DNA of 64,000 bases, from assembly GCA_964464695.1 (NCBI GenBank), contig CAYXKW010000001.1, positions 36,810-100,809 of the forward strand, given 5' to 3'. Every line of letters starts with the position of its first letter. Within the stretch, counting starts at the first letter, position 1. Made by a program: the position numbers and the translations under genes. This document shows, piece by piece, positions 17,106 to 26,964 of the stretch. This DNA is from an uncultured Candidatus Saccharibacteria bacterium (GTDB taxonomy: Bacteria; Patescibacteriota; Minisyncoccia; Phycocordibacterales; UBA5272). A model generated the notes under the pieces. It was not told the origin of the DNA, searched no databases, and worked only from the letters and a program-made list of their open reading frames with translations.

Positions 17106-17627
17106 ATGAAACATATCAACATTAGTGCATTCAAAGAAGTCCTTACTGCTGAGAAAAACAATTCTACAGTAGATTTTATTAACGTATGTACGCCTGTAGA
17201 GTACAAAGAGAAACATATCCAAGGGGTTAGGAGTGTTCCGCTAGACGAAATTGCATCGCATCTAAGTGAATTCAAAAACAAAGAAACAATTTATGTACAT
17301 TGTCGCTCAGGAAATAGAAGCAGAAAGGCAATTGAAAAATTGGAAGAATTAGGAATCAAGGCGGAGCTTGTAAATGTCGAGGGAGGAATTATGGCATGGG
17401 ATGAGGCAGGTCATAGCACTATGTCGCTAACAAAGAAAATGCCGCTGATGCGACAAGTATTCCTAGCTGCGGGGGTTCTCGTTGTGGTAAGTCATATACT
17501 GGCGTCTATGGTCAATGGTAACTTCATTCTACTCTCGTTATTTGTTGGTCTTGGTCTGACTCTATCTGGTCTAACTGGATGGTGTGGAATGGCTCTTATC
17601 TTATCAAAAATGTCCTGGAATAAATAA
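17106..17627 (+). CDS. Rhodanese plus DUF2892 membrane protein (YgaP-like)
   Basis: HCRSGNRS active-site loop, EGGIMAW, C-terminal TMs with GWCGMA. Confidence 0.88.
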   Translation: MKHINISAFKEVLTAEKNNSTVDFINVCTPVEYKEKHIQGVRSVPLDEIASHLSEFKNKETIYVHCRSGNRSRKAIEKLEELGIKAELVNVEGGIMAWDEAGHSTMSLTKKMPLMRQVFLAAGVLVVVSHILASMVNGNFILLSLFVGLGLTLSGLTGWCGMALILSKMSWNK

Positions 17628-17650
17628 AGAATAAATAACTATAATAAACT

Positions 17651-18547
17651 ATGGATTTTACAAAATCTTCTCCACACTCACCATCAGTAAAAAGTTTTTT
17701 TGATACAGAAACTAATACTATTAGTTATGTTGTGTCTGATTCGGTAACAAAAAAATGTGCAGTAATAGATAGTGTCATGAACTATGAGCCGCATAGCGGA
17801 ACAGTAACATATATAGGGGCAGATGAAATTATTTTGTACATACAAGAAAATAATTTTATTGTTGAATGGATACTAGAAACACATGTTCATGCTGATCATT
17901 TATCGGCAGCTGTCTACATTAAGGAAAAGCTTGGTGGCAAACTGGCTATTAGTAGAGCAATTACACATGTCCAGGATTTTTTTGGAAACGTATTTGATGA
18001 AAGTGAACAATTCTTGCGTGACGGCAGTCAGTTCGATGTTTTATTTGAGCCTGACGAGGAGTTCACTATTGGATCTATTCCTTCTGTAGCACTTTTTGTT
18101 CCAGGGCATACACCTGCAGATATTGCATACGTAGTTGGAGATTCGGTTTTTGTCGGGGACACTATATTTATGCCTGATTATGGATCTGCACGATGTGATT
18201 TTCCCGGAGGTAGTGCTACTATGTTATATAATTCAGTACAAAAATTGTTCACTTTGCCGAATGATACAAAACTGTATATGTGTCATGACTATTTACCAGA
18301 AGGAAGAAGTGAGTATCTGTGGCAAACAACAATAGCTGAAGAAAAAGAAAAAAATATACACTTAGCAGGTACGATTACAGAAAAAGAGTTTGCTGATATG
18401 CGTACAAAGCGGGATGAACATTTAGGAATGCCTAGACTTATCATTCCATCACTTCAAGTAAACATGAGAGCTGGCAAATTGCCAATTGATAAGAAAGGGA
18501 AAATTTTTCTTAAACTACCAATAAATAGCATACTTTCAAAAAAATAA
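17651..18547 (+). CDS. MBL-fold persulfide dioxygenase (Blh/ETHE1-like)
   Basis: ETHVHADHLS, PGHT, GDTIFMPDYGSARCDFPGG, CHDY, PSLQVNMRAG. Confidence 0.88.
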   Translation: MDFTKSSPHSPSVKSFFDTETNTISYVVSDSVTKKCAVIDSVMNYEPHSGTVTYIGADEIILYIQENNFIVEWILETHVHADHLSAAVYIKEKLGGKLAISRAITHVQDFFGNVFDESEQFLRDGSQFDVLFEPDEEFTIGSIPSVALFVPGHTPADIAYVVGDSVFVGDTIFMPDYGSARCDFPGGSATMLYNSVQKLFTLPNDTKLYMCHDYLPEGRSEYLWQTTIAEEKEKNIHLAGTITEKEFADMRTKRDEHLGMPRLIIPSLQVNMRAGKLPIDKKGKIFLKLPINSILSKK

Positions 18548-18550
18548 TAC

Positions 18551-19333
18551 ATGGAATCTCTTGGGTACATAATAGCAATTGGAATAGGCGTAGCGCTCAG
18601 TACCTTTGGAAGTGGTGGCTCTATTTTAGCTGTGCCAACGCTCGTGTATGTTATGCATATTGCACCACCTCTTGCGATACTGTATTCTCTTTTTATTGTT
18701 GGGGTTACATCGCTTGTAAGTATTCTTGTAGTCAAAAAATTCTTTGACTACAAGATTGTTTTTACATTTGGTATACCATCAATCGCTGGAGTTTTCGTTA
18801 TGAGAAGCATGATTATTCCATTGCTTCCTCAAGAAGTAACTTTGGTTGGTCATGTTTTTAGTTATGACAAAATTATTTTGATACTTTTTGCATGTAGTAT
18901 GTTGCTCGCGTCTGTGCGATTACTTTTTGAAAATACATCAGTTATTCATGAGTCAAAGGAGTCCAATATATTTAAACTTATTATTGTTGGATTTGTAACA
19001 GGTATGGTAACAGGTCTACTTGGAGTCGGTGGTGGCTTTCTTATTATCCCTGCACTCATGTACTTCACGCGAATGAGTATGCAGGCCGCGGCCGGTGTCT
19101 CACTCATTCTTATAGCTGTGAATACCTTGTCTGGATTTTTCTTATCATTACATCAATTAACAAATCCAGACTGGAAGTTATTAGTAATTTTTACAATGTT
19201 TTCATTACTCGGGGTTGTGGTTGGAGGGGGAATTAAAAAAACAATTTCCCCTATAAAACTACAACGTTACTTTGGTTGGTTTATTGGAAGTGTTGCACTA
19301 TGTGTTTTGTTTGCAGAACTATTTAGTCTTTAA
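18551..19333 (+). CDS. TauE/SafE-family sulfite exporter
   Basis: GSGGSILAVP and GVGGGFLIIP repeats; multiple TMs. Confidence 0.88.
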   Translation: MESLGYIIAIGIGVALSTFGSGGSILAVPTLVYVMHIAPPLAILYSLFIVGVTSLVSILVVKKFFDYKIVFTFGIPSIAGVFVMRSMIIPLLPQEVTLVGHVFSYDKIILILFACSMLLASVRLLFENTSVIHESKESNIFKLIIVGFVTGMVTGLLGVGGGFLIIPALMYFTRMSMQAAAGVSLILIAVNTLSGFFLSLHQLTNPDWKLLVIFTMFSLLGVVVGGGIKKTISPIKLQRYFGWFIGSVALCVLFAELFSL

Positions 19334-19397
19334 TTTAGCACAACAAAAAACTACCCCTCTGGTAAGTGGGTAGTTTTTTTTATTGTACTAACTTACT

Positions 19398-19652
19398 TTA
19401 GTTTGTGACGTTAACAGTCCCCGAAGGGATATCTTGCTGATCAACAGGTTGAGTGTTTTGTTGCGCCCCTCGTTGGTACATACCATTTTGTGATCCATTT
19501 GACCCGCCTCGCCCCTCCATCATCATTCCTTGTCCACCACGGTTATTTTGTAGGCGTTTACCACCAATTCCTGCTCCAACCAAGCCACCGATAATTCCGG
19601 CGGTAAGTGTGCAAATAAGTAGTATGGTAATCGTTTTTTTATCTAGATGCAT
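19398..19652 (-). CDS. Small hypothetical membrane-anchored Gly/Gln-rich protein
   Basis: N-terminal TM, low-complexity tail; divergent from the exporter operon. Confidence 0.55.
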   Translation of the reverse strand: MHLDKKTITILLICTLTAGIIGGLVGAGIGGKRLQNNRGGQGMMMEGRGGSNGSQNGMYQRGAQQNTQPVDQQDIPSGTVNVTN

Positions 19653-19830
19653 TGTATATATATGTTAATTTAGTAAGTTGCACAATCTATTACAACGTAA
19701 GTATGATTATTATTTCATAAAATCTAAGGAACTGTACAGATTCTTAAGAAAAATGAAATAAAATGTGTCATCTGGTTGTAGTAGTGGGTAATGATGCTTA
19801 CCAAATCATGGTAGTATACATACTATACAT

Positions 19831-21672
19831 ATGAAACAACGTTTTTTACCTCTACTCAGTACCCTCAATAATGGGTTTATTTTTATTAAAGAAAAAGCAT
19901 TCGAATACAAAAAAGTTTCTATAATTGTTGTCCTGGTTATCTGTGGAGCACTAGGATATCAGTTCTTTTTTAAAAAAGCAGCAACCTCTACCGTGTATCA
20001 ATATGCAACAGTAACACGAGGTACGCTTACTTCAACTGTGTCTGCAACTGGCCAAGTTACTCCAAATAGTCAGGTTGATCTTAAGCCGAAAGTTAACGCT
20101 AACGTAGTAGGAGTAAACGTACGAGCTGGAGATAGAGTAAAAGCAGGACAAGTGTTGTTTAGACTTGATGCAACAGATGCATATAAGCAAGTTCGTGATG
20201 CAAAAACATCTTTAGCCTCTGCAAATCTTTCACTTGAGAAATTACGAAATCCGAAAACTATTGATGTGATGTCAATTCAAAACTCGATTGAGTCAGAAGA
20301 ACAAGCAATTAAAAATCAGGACACCAAGGTGGCTACCGCATATAGAAATTTATTAAATAGCGGTATTCAGGCTGTTCCTGAAGTTGCTTTCACAACTGAA
20401 ACAGCCCCAACGGTCTCTGGGAGTTATTCAAAAGGAGTAGAAGGCCAACTTAAAATAGTGGTCTATCAAGGAGGACCTACTGGGTATAGTTTTGGTCTAA
20501 GTGGTTTGGCGACTGGTACTGGAAATGTAAACACAAGTGTAGCTCAACCACTCGGGGACACAGGGCTATACATTAAATGGAACGGGAGTAATCCAACAAC
20601 TAATTGGATTATTAATATTCCAAACAAAGAATCAAGTAGCTATCTTTCAAATTACAACACATACCAAAACGCACTTACTGATAGAGATAGTGCAAATGAT
20701 GCATCAACTAGAAATCTTGCCAGTCTTAATCAAAAATTAGCAGACCTAACACCTGGTAATGATAATCTTGATGTTCAGAGTGCGCTTTTGACAGTACAGC
20801 AGCGACAAAACTCTTTAACTGACGCTGAGCAAGCACTTTCAAATTACACACTCACAGCACCTTTTGATGGCGTTATGGCATCCGTGTCCGTTGATATCGG
20901 CTCGTCTGCAGTTATGGCATCTGCAAATAGTAGTGCGGCGCTTGGGACTATTGTTACCGATAAGAAACTTGCTCAAATAACACTCAACGAAACAGATGTT
21001 GTAAAAGTAAAACTCGGACAAAAGGCTATTATTACGTTTGATGCAATCGAGGGGCTTTCACTTGATGGTTCTGTCGTTGAGATGAACACTCTTGGAACAG
21101 TAACCTCCGGTGTCGTTACCTATAAAGTTAAGGTCGCGTTTAATGCAGACGATATTCGTATTCTTCCTAACATGAGCGTCTCTGTCGATATTGTAACTGA
21201 TAGTAAAGACGGTGCATTGTATGTACCAAGTCAAGCAGTTAAAAAAGATACTGCGGGGTATTATGTTGAAGAAAATGTAGCCGGACAATTATCTACAACT
21301 ACAGGTACCTCTACTAGATTTGCAAATGCCTCATCTACACTTGGTCGGCCGTTTGCAACATCCTCTGCATCTTCAACACGTCAGAGAACTGGTAATGGTT
21401 CTTCAACATTTGCACAAACAAGAGGAACAGCATCACAAGCCGTAGCAACTACTGGAGCCACTGCAACAACACTCAGGAGGGTCCCTGTCACAATTGGTAT
21501 ACAAACTGATACTCAAACAGAAATTACAAGCGGACTTCGAGAGGGTGATCAGGTTGTAACAAAAAAGACAACCGTTACAGGGTCGACTGCTACTACTGCG
21601 GCTCCATCAGTAACTTCATTACTTAGACCGACACGAACAACTACTGGAGGTGGAACGGCTCGTCCACAATAA
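19831..21672 (+). CDS. Efflux periplasmic adaptor (MacA-like membrane fusion protein)
   Basis: TM anchor, VRAGDRVKAGQVL lipoyl-like motif, LTAPFDG, ILPNMS, ITSGLREGDQV. Confidence 0.88.
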   Translation: MKQRFLPLLSTLNNGFIFIKEKAFEYKKVSIIVVLVICGALGYQFFFKKAATSTVYQYATVTRGTLTSTVSATGQVTPNSQVDLKPKVNANVVGVNVRAGDRVKAGQVLFRLDATDAYKQVRDAKTSLASANLSLEKLRNPKTIDVMSIQNSIESEEQAIKNQDTKVATAYRNLLNSGIQAVPEVAFTTETAPTVSGSYSKGVEGQLKIVVYQGGPTGYSFGLSGLATGTGNVNTSVAQPLGDTGLYIKWNGSNPTTNWIINIPNKESSSYLSNYNTYQNALTDRDSANDASTRNLASLNQKLADLTPGNDNLDVQSALLTVQQRQNSLTDAEQALSNYTLTAPFDGVMASVSVDIGSSAVMASANSSAALGTIVTDKKLAQITLNETDVVKVKLGQKAIITFDAIEGLSLDGSVVEMNTLGTVTSGVVTYKVKVAFNADDIRILPNMSVSVDIVTDSKDGALYVPSQAVKKDTAGYYVEENVAGQLSTTTGTSTRFANASSTLGRPFATSSASSTRQRTGNGSSTFAQTRGTASQAVATTGATATTLRRVPVTIGIQTDTQTEITSGLREGDQVVTKKTTVTGSTATTAAPSVTSLLRPTRTTTGGGTARPQ

Positions 21673-21674
21673 GT

Positions 21675-22346
21675 ATGATGATGATCGATTGCAAAAAAAT
21701 TACAAAAGACTACGTAAACGGGGACAATGTTACTCGTGTTCTCAAAGGGGTAGACTTCCATATTAAGAAAGGAGAGTTTGTGGCAATTATGGGACCCTCT
21801 GGTTCAGGGAAATCTACCATTATGAACATAGTTGGATTGCTTGATACTCCAACAAAAGGAACATATATTCTTGATGGAAAAGATGTTTCAAAACTTACTG
21901 ATGATGAACAAGCAGAAATCAGAGCGAATAAAATAGGTTTTGTATTTCAGTCTTTTAACTTGCTCCCTCGGACGACGGTGCTGCGTAATGTTATGTTGCC
22001 ACTCCTGTACTTAGATATTCCTGTGAAAGATAGGGAAGCAAAAGCAAAACAGGCACTCATATCTTCCGGTTTTCCAGAAGATAAATGGGATAATTTGTCC
22101 AACCATTTGTCTGGTGGACAAATTCAACGTGTTGCAATAGCTCGCGCGCTTGTTAATGATCCAAGTATTATTTTGGCTGATGAACCAACAGGAAATCTTG
22201 ATTCAAAGACTGGAGAAATAGTACTTGCAACATTTAAGAAATTGAATAAGGAAGACGGAAGAACTATTATACTTATTACTCACGAACCAGAAGTCGCCAA
22301 GCACGCTGATCGTACAATTCATGTTCGTGACGGGGATATTATCTAA
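21675..22346 (+). CDS. ABC transporter ATP-binding protein (MacB/LolD-like)
   Basis: GPSGSGKS, LSGGQ, ILADEPTGNLD, ITHE. Confidence 0.93.
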   Translation: MMMIDCKKITKDYVNGDNVTRVLKGVDFHIKKGEFVAIMGPSGSGKSTIMNIVGLLDTPTKGTYILDGKDVSKLTDDEQAEIRANKIGFVFQSFNLLPRTTVLRNVMLPLLYLDIPVKDREAKAKQALISSGFPEDKWDNLSNHLSGGQIQRVAIARALVNDPSIILADEPTGNLDSKTGEIVLATFKKLNKEDGRTIILITHEPEVAKHADRTIHVRDGDII

Positions 22347-22350
22347 ACAT

Positions 22351-23577
22351 ATGACCATACAAGACCTCCTCCAAGAAACAGTTACTTCAATTAATACTAA
22401 CCGTGCTCGCACAGGACTTACTATTTTAGGTATAGTCATTGGTATTGCTTCGGTTATTATAATGCTTGCCATTGGGAATGGTGCTCAAGCTTCGATTTCT
22501 TCGAGTATTAGCGCACTCGGGTCAAATATTCTTACTATTTCAGGTGGAGGTGGTGGAAATGCTAGAACTGCAGGAGTGAGTGCTGGTAGAGCAAACCAGC
22601 AGACACTTACCTTAGAAGATGCAAAAGCAATTGAAGACAAACTTGATATTGTGAAAGATGTTTCTCCAGAATTAAATTCACGTGTTCAAATTATTGCGGA
22701 AGGAAACAATACAAATACAACGGTTATAGGTGCAGCCCCAGCGTATGAATCTGCTCACTCGATAACAGTAGATGACGGAGCTTTTATTTCTGATTCACAA
22801 TATAGAAGTGGTGCAAAAGTTGTGGTACTTGGCCCAACGACGCGGGACGATTTATTTGGTGTCGGAGGAGATTCAGTTGGGAAAGAAATTAAGATAAATG
22901 GAAATAGATTTATTGTTATTGGAGTAACAAAAAGTAAAGGTGGAACTGGTTTTGGAAACGCTGATGATAGAATTTTTATACCACTCACCACATCACTTAG
23001 ATACATTGCGGGAGGGGAATATGTAAGTAGTATTGCTGTTACAACAGAAAATCAAGAAGATATAGCACAAATGCAAACAGAAGTGACGGAGTTGCTACTA
23101 GAGCGTCATAATAAAAAGTCACTAGCTGAAGCAGATTTTAGTGTTATTAATCAGGCAGACCTTGCGAGTACCGCCCAGTCGATTACGAGTATATTTACAA
23201 TAATGCTTTCATCCGTCGCGTCAATTTCACTTATTGTTGGTGGAATTGGAATTATGAACATGATGTTAACAACAGTACGAGAAAGAACTAGAGAAATAGG
23301 ATTACGAAAAGCAATTGGTGCAAAGCGTCGGGACATTAGTAATCAATTTTTAATTGAGTCGATTATCATAACATTGATTGGAGGAATAATTGGAGTGCTC
23401 TTTGGCGTGGCGGTTGCATTTGGTATTTCTTCCCTCGGTGTTTTACAAACCTCAGTGACAGCAGGGCCAGTCTTACTTGCGTTTGGTGTTTCGGCGGCAA
23501 TCGGAATTATTTTCGGCTATTACCCAGCTAAGAAAGCTTCAGAGCTCAATCCAATAGAAGCACTCAGGTATGAGTAA
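22351..23577 (+). CDS. ABC transporter permease (MacB/FtsX-like)
   Basis: LTILGIVIGIASVI, VGGIGIMNMM, ERTREIGLRKAIGA, PIEALRYE. Confidence 0.93.
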   Translation: MTIQDLLQETVTSINTNRARTGLTILGIVIGIASVIIMLAIGNGAQASISSSISALGSNILTISGGGGGNARTAGVSAGRANQQTLTLEDAKAIEDKLDIVKDVSPELNSRVQIIAEGNNTNTTVIGAAPAYESAHSITVDDGAFISDSQYRSGAKVVVLGPTTRDDLFGVGGDSVGKEIKINGNRFIVIGVTKSKGGTGFGNADDRIFIPLTTSLRYIAGGEYVSSIAVTTENQEDIAQMQTEVTELLLERHNKKSLAEADFSVINQADLASTAQSITSIFTIMLSSVASISLIVGGIGIMNMMLTTVRERTREIGLRKAIGAKRRDISNQFLIESIIITLIGGIIGVLFGVAVAFGISSLGVLQTSVTAGPVLLAFGVSAAIGIIFGYYPAKKASELNPIEALRYE

Positions 23578-23625
23578 CATTCGGTAGTCTAGACTGATTG
23601 TGAACGCAACTATATACTAAAATAT

Positions 23626-24189
23626 ATGACAAAATCTTTAATTGTAGCTGGTGGATGTTTCTGGTGTGTAGAACATGATTTACGAGAAGCTCATGGAGTA
23701 ACACTTGTAACTTCGGGGTATTCAGGTGGTGATGGGCACGTTCTAGGAATAGAACATGCTAGTGTACCGACATATGAAAATCATAAAGGATACAAAGAAG
23801 TAGTTCTTGTGGAATACGATGAAGAAAGAACAACCTTCAAAAAACTTATACAATTTTTTATTGACCATATTGATCCAACAGATAATGGTGGACAATTCGG
23901 CGACAGAGGTGAAAGTTATATGACCGCTATCTATTATGAAAATGAAGATGAGAGATTAACGGCACAATTAGTTATTAAGGAGTTGGATGAAAGTCATGTG
24001 TATGATTCTCCTTCTGCTATTCAAATTCTAGAAAGAAAACATTTTTATCCAGCAGAAGAGTATCACCAACAGTATGCAGATAAAAATCCACTGAGATATG
24101 ATTTATACAGAAAAGGTTCAGGGCGTGAGGCTTTTGTTAATAAAACATGTCAGATCAGGGATGAGAAAAAAATAGCTTGGAAAGACTAA
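23626..24189 (+). CDS. msrA: Peptide-methionine (S)-S-oxide reductase
   Basis: GGCFWC, SGYSGG, QFGDRG, FYPAEEYHQ. Confidence 0.93.
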   Translation: MTKSLIVAGGCFWCVEHDLREAHGVTLVTSGYSGGDGHVLGIEHASVPTYENHKGYKEVVLVEYDEERTTFKKLIQFFIDHIDPTDNGGQFGDRGESYMTAIYYENEDERLTAQLVIKELDESHVYDSPSAIQILERKHFYPAEEYHQQYADKNPLRYDLYRKGSGREAFVNKTCQIRDEKKIAWKD

Positions 24190-24204
24190 TCTTTTTCAGT
24201 TCGA

Positions 24205-24822
24205 ATGTCAGATTTATTTGTGATTGGAATTGATGAAGTCGGAAGAGGTCCTATTGCAGGGCCTGTAGTTGTGTGCGCATGTGCAATACAAGCAGGAACT
24301 GACGTTATCCAATATTTTCCTAAACAACAATTACGAGATAGTAAAAAACTTACTGAGAAACATCGTCAAGAAATTTTACATAAAGTAGCACCGCTCAAGG
24401 AATCTCGAGAGGTTCTCTTTGGTATCGGAGAAGTTTCAGCTTCTCAAATAGATGAAGTGGGAATTAGCCAGGCAATTAGAGATGCAATGCAAATTGCGTT
24501 AACATCACTTCATGTGCAAAAGGTTCCTCAAGAGTCTTTTGTGTTTTTAGATGGCTCCTTGCACGCTCCTGAAACATATAATCAGGAAACAATTATTAAA
24601 GGTGATGAAAAAGTAAAAGAGATTTCCCTTGCTTCTATTTTTGCAAAAGAATACCGGGACACTATAATGAAAAATTACGCAAAAGAGTTTCCAGAATATT
24701 CTTTTGAGAATCATGTTGGATACGGTACAAAGGCTCATTATGAAGCAATTAGTAAACATGGTTTTACAGATTTACATCGTAAAAGTTTCTTAAGAAACTT
24801 ACATAAAGATATACAGTTATAG
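24205..24822 (+). CDS. rnhB: Ribonuclease HII
   Basis: GIDEVGRGPIAGP, DSKKL, LDG, KGD, ASIFAK, HVGYGT, HRKSF. Confidence 0.95.
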   Translation: MSDLFVIGIDEVGRGPIAGPVVVCACAIQAGTDVIQYFPKQQLRDSKKLTEKHRQEILHKVAPLKESREVLFGIGEVSASQIDEVGISQAIRDAMQIALTSLHVQKVPQESFVFLDGSLHAPETYNQETIIKGDEKVKEISLASIFAKEYRDTIMKNYAKEFPEYSFENHVGYGTKAHYEAISKHGFTDLHRKSFLRNLHKDIQL

Positions 24823-24860
24823 TATTGCTACACCCCCAGTACAAGGGTATACTGAAACAT

Positions 24861-25244
24861 ATGTCTAGTATATTTACAAAAATTATCTCAGGGGAGGTGT
24901 CAGGGTATAAAGTGTACGAAGATGATTACGTTTGCGCTATTTTAGATATTAATCCTATCCAAAAAGGACACGTACTTGTTATCCCAAAACAAGAAGTAGA
25001 CCAGCTCTTTGAACTTGAAGAAAAAACATTTGATCATATGATGCATCGCGTACGATACTTAGCACAAGTTATGCAAGCACAGCTAAAATGTAAGCGAGTC
25101 TGTGTCTTTGTAGAAGGATATGGCATTCCTCATGTACATGTGCATCTTGTTCCTACTAATGTTCCAGCTGATTTTGATAAAGCTCTTGTCTACACTGCCA
25201 CAGAAGAAGAGCTTAAGGAAATGCAGAATCTTCTGCAGTCATAA
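24861..25244 (+). CDS. HIT-family hydrolase
   Basis: SIFTKII, GHVLVIPK, PHVHVHLVP histidine triad. Confidence 0.92.
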   Translation: MSSIFTKIISGEVSGYKVYEDDYVCAILDINPIQKGHVLVIPKQEVDQLFELEEKTFDHMMHRVRYLAQVMQAQLKCKRVCVFVEGYGIPHVHVHLVPTNVPADFDKALVYTATEEELKEMQNLLQS

Positions 25245-25245
25245 T

Positions 25246-25599
25246 ATGAAATATCTCGCAATCCGAACAATTGCTGTTTTAGTCGCTAGTTACATTACAA
25301 GAGTTGGTGTACCACTTGCATTTAGTACTGTGCCACTTGCCTTTGGTACAACTGGTCTTGCCTTTATTGTTGCAATTGTTTTAGCAATCATTAACCATAC
25401 GATTAAGCCTTTGTTTATGATTATTTCAATTCCTATAAATCTTGTAACGCTCGGTCTCTTTTCTTTTGTTATCAATGGATTAATGGTCTTACTTGCCGGT
25501 TATTTGGTGACTGGGTTTGCCATTCCGTCGCTACTTATGGCAATTTATTTTGCAATTGTACTTTCACTCGTAAACTGGATTCTTCATATGTTTGAATAG
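25246..25599 (+). CDS. YvlD/DUF360 4-TM protein (phage holin family annotation)
   Basis: NHTIKPL...PINLVTLGLFSFVING motif. Confidence 0.85.
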   Translation: MKYLAIRTIAVLVASYITRVGVPLAFSTVPLAFGTTGLAFIVAIVLAIINHTIKPLFMIISIPINLVTLGLFSFVINGLMVLLAGYLVTGFAIPSLLMAIYFAIVLSLVNWILHMFE

Positions 25600-25608
25600 T
25601 TGGAGATT

Positions 25609-26391
25609 ATGTGTAGACTTTTTGCTTTTTCATTTTGTGATAAGACAACAAAAGAATCACGTGTACGGTATGTTAATTTGTTTAAGGCACTTTCATTGCA
25701 TGGAGCAGTATTACCATCATCAGTGCCGGGACATATGGATGGGTGGGGAATATCTGCATATTATAATCACACAGTTCAACCGGAGTGTTATAAGTCTACG
25801 AGCCCTGCTCACTTGGATATTTTTTTTAATGAAAACTCTTTTTTCTCAAATAGGACTTTCGTAAGTGGCGTAGCACACATAAGAAAAAAGACAGTCGGGG
25901 ATACATTGTTGGTGAATACGCACCCTTTTGTTTCTAGTCAGTACTCATTCATCCATAATGGAAACATAGATTCAATTGATTTTTATTCCGGACTCTCAAA
26001 AGATTGTGATGGTCAAACTGATTCCGAACGACTTTTCAAAAGATTTTTAGAAATCAAGAATCAGGAAGGTCTTTCTTCAGAAAATGCATTTATTGCAATG
26101 CTTGAGGAAATTAAAAAACTATATCCAATGTATTCAGCTATTAATGCTATTTTACATGACGGGGAACATATGTTTGTGTCACGAATAGTAAATGAAAGCA
26201 GCCTGTGTTATTCTGCAACTGAATTACTTGAGTACTTTACACTGTATGTTGGAAGAACTAAAGAAGGGAGTGTCATTATTTCTTCTGAAAAAATACCTGA
26301 TTCAGATATTTCGTACTACTTACTCCCAAATGATTCAGTTTCAACAGTTAATCTTTCAAGAGGTGAAGTGGCAACTCAATTACTTTTTTAA
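25609..26391 (+). CDS. Class II glutamine amidotransferase (YafJ/EgtC-like)
   Basis: N-terminal MCRLF, DGWG, AHIRK, NTHPF, HNG, TDSE. Confidence 0.9.
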   Translation: MCRLFAFSFCDKTTKESRVRYVNLFKALSLHGAVLPSSVPGHMDGWGISAYYNHTVQPECYKSTSPAHLDIFFNENSFFSNRTFVSGVAHIRKKTVGDTLLVNTHPFVSSQYSFIHNGNIDSIDFYSGLSKDCDGQTDSERLFKRFLEIKNQEGLSSENAFIAMLEEIKKLYPMYSAINAILHDGEHMFVSRIVNESSLCYSATELLEYFTLYVGRTKEGSVIISSEKIPDSDISYYLLPNDSVSTVNLSRGEVATQLLF

Positions 26392-26925
26392 GTTACTCTC
26401 TTTGTCTGTTGTTCCTTCAGCCTCGTCCTGGATATCATCGATATCTTCTTGCATACCCTCCACATCTTCTGCAATTTCCTCAACATCTTCCTGAATCTCA
26501 TCGACGTCCTTTTGGATATCATCGACGTCTTCAGCAATTTCCTCAACGTCTTCCTGGATACCTTCTACATCTTCCTGGATTTCATCAACATCCTTTTGAA
26601 TACCATCTACATCTTCAGCAATTTCCTCAACGTCTTCTTGGATACCTTCTACATCTTCTGCGATTTCATCAATTTCTTTTTCAACACTTGCAAGAGCTCG
26701 TCCTTGGTAGTTCACGCTCATTTGAATGAATATAGAAAGATAGATTGCCTCTAGGGATACAATTGTTGTAAGAACAAGTAGTACACGATCAAGGTCAACA
26801 CCAAGGAGGACTAATGTAAAAGCACCTAAAAAAAGGACTGTGTGGATGACAACCGATGTAATTGACCCAATAGCTTGAGTTACTGTCAAAGCAAGGATTT
26901 CAGCCTTATTTAAAGGAGTTTTCAT
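26380..26925 (-). CDS. DUF1003-like membrane protein with acidic heptad-repeat tail
   Basis: LLVLTTIVSLEAIYLSIFIQMSVN followed by about 12 heptads of the EEIAEDV/EGIQEDV type. Confidence 0.75.
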   Translation of the reverse strand: MKTPLNKAEILALTVTQAIGSITSVVIHTVLFLGAFTLVLLGVDLDRVLLVLTTIVSLEAIYLSIFIQMSVNYQGRALASVEKEIDEIAEDVEGIQEDVEEIAEDVDGIQKDVDEIQEDVEGIQEDVEEIAEDVDDIQKDVDEIQEDVEEIAEDVEGMQEDIDDIQDEAEGTTDKESNLKK

Positions 26926-26964
26926 GATATTCCTACTATATCATGAAAATGCTAGAATAGAGGT

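Noticed and set aside
25246-25599. Prophage lysis gene
   Set aside because: YvlD/DUF360 is a common chromosomal membrane protein and no phage genes are nearby.
26409-26754. Plus-strand ORFs or a CRISPR-like 21-bp repeat array
   Set aside because: These are antisense shadows of the coding heptad repeats, with no unique spacers.
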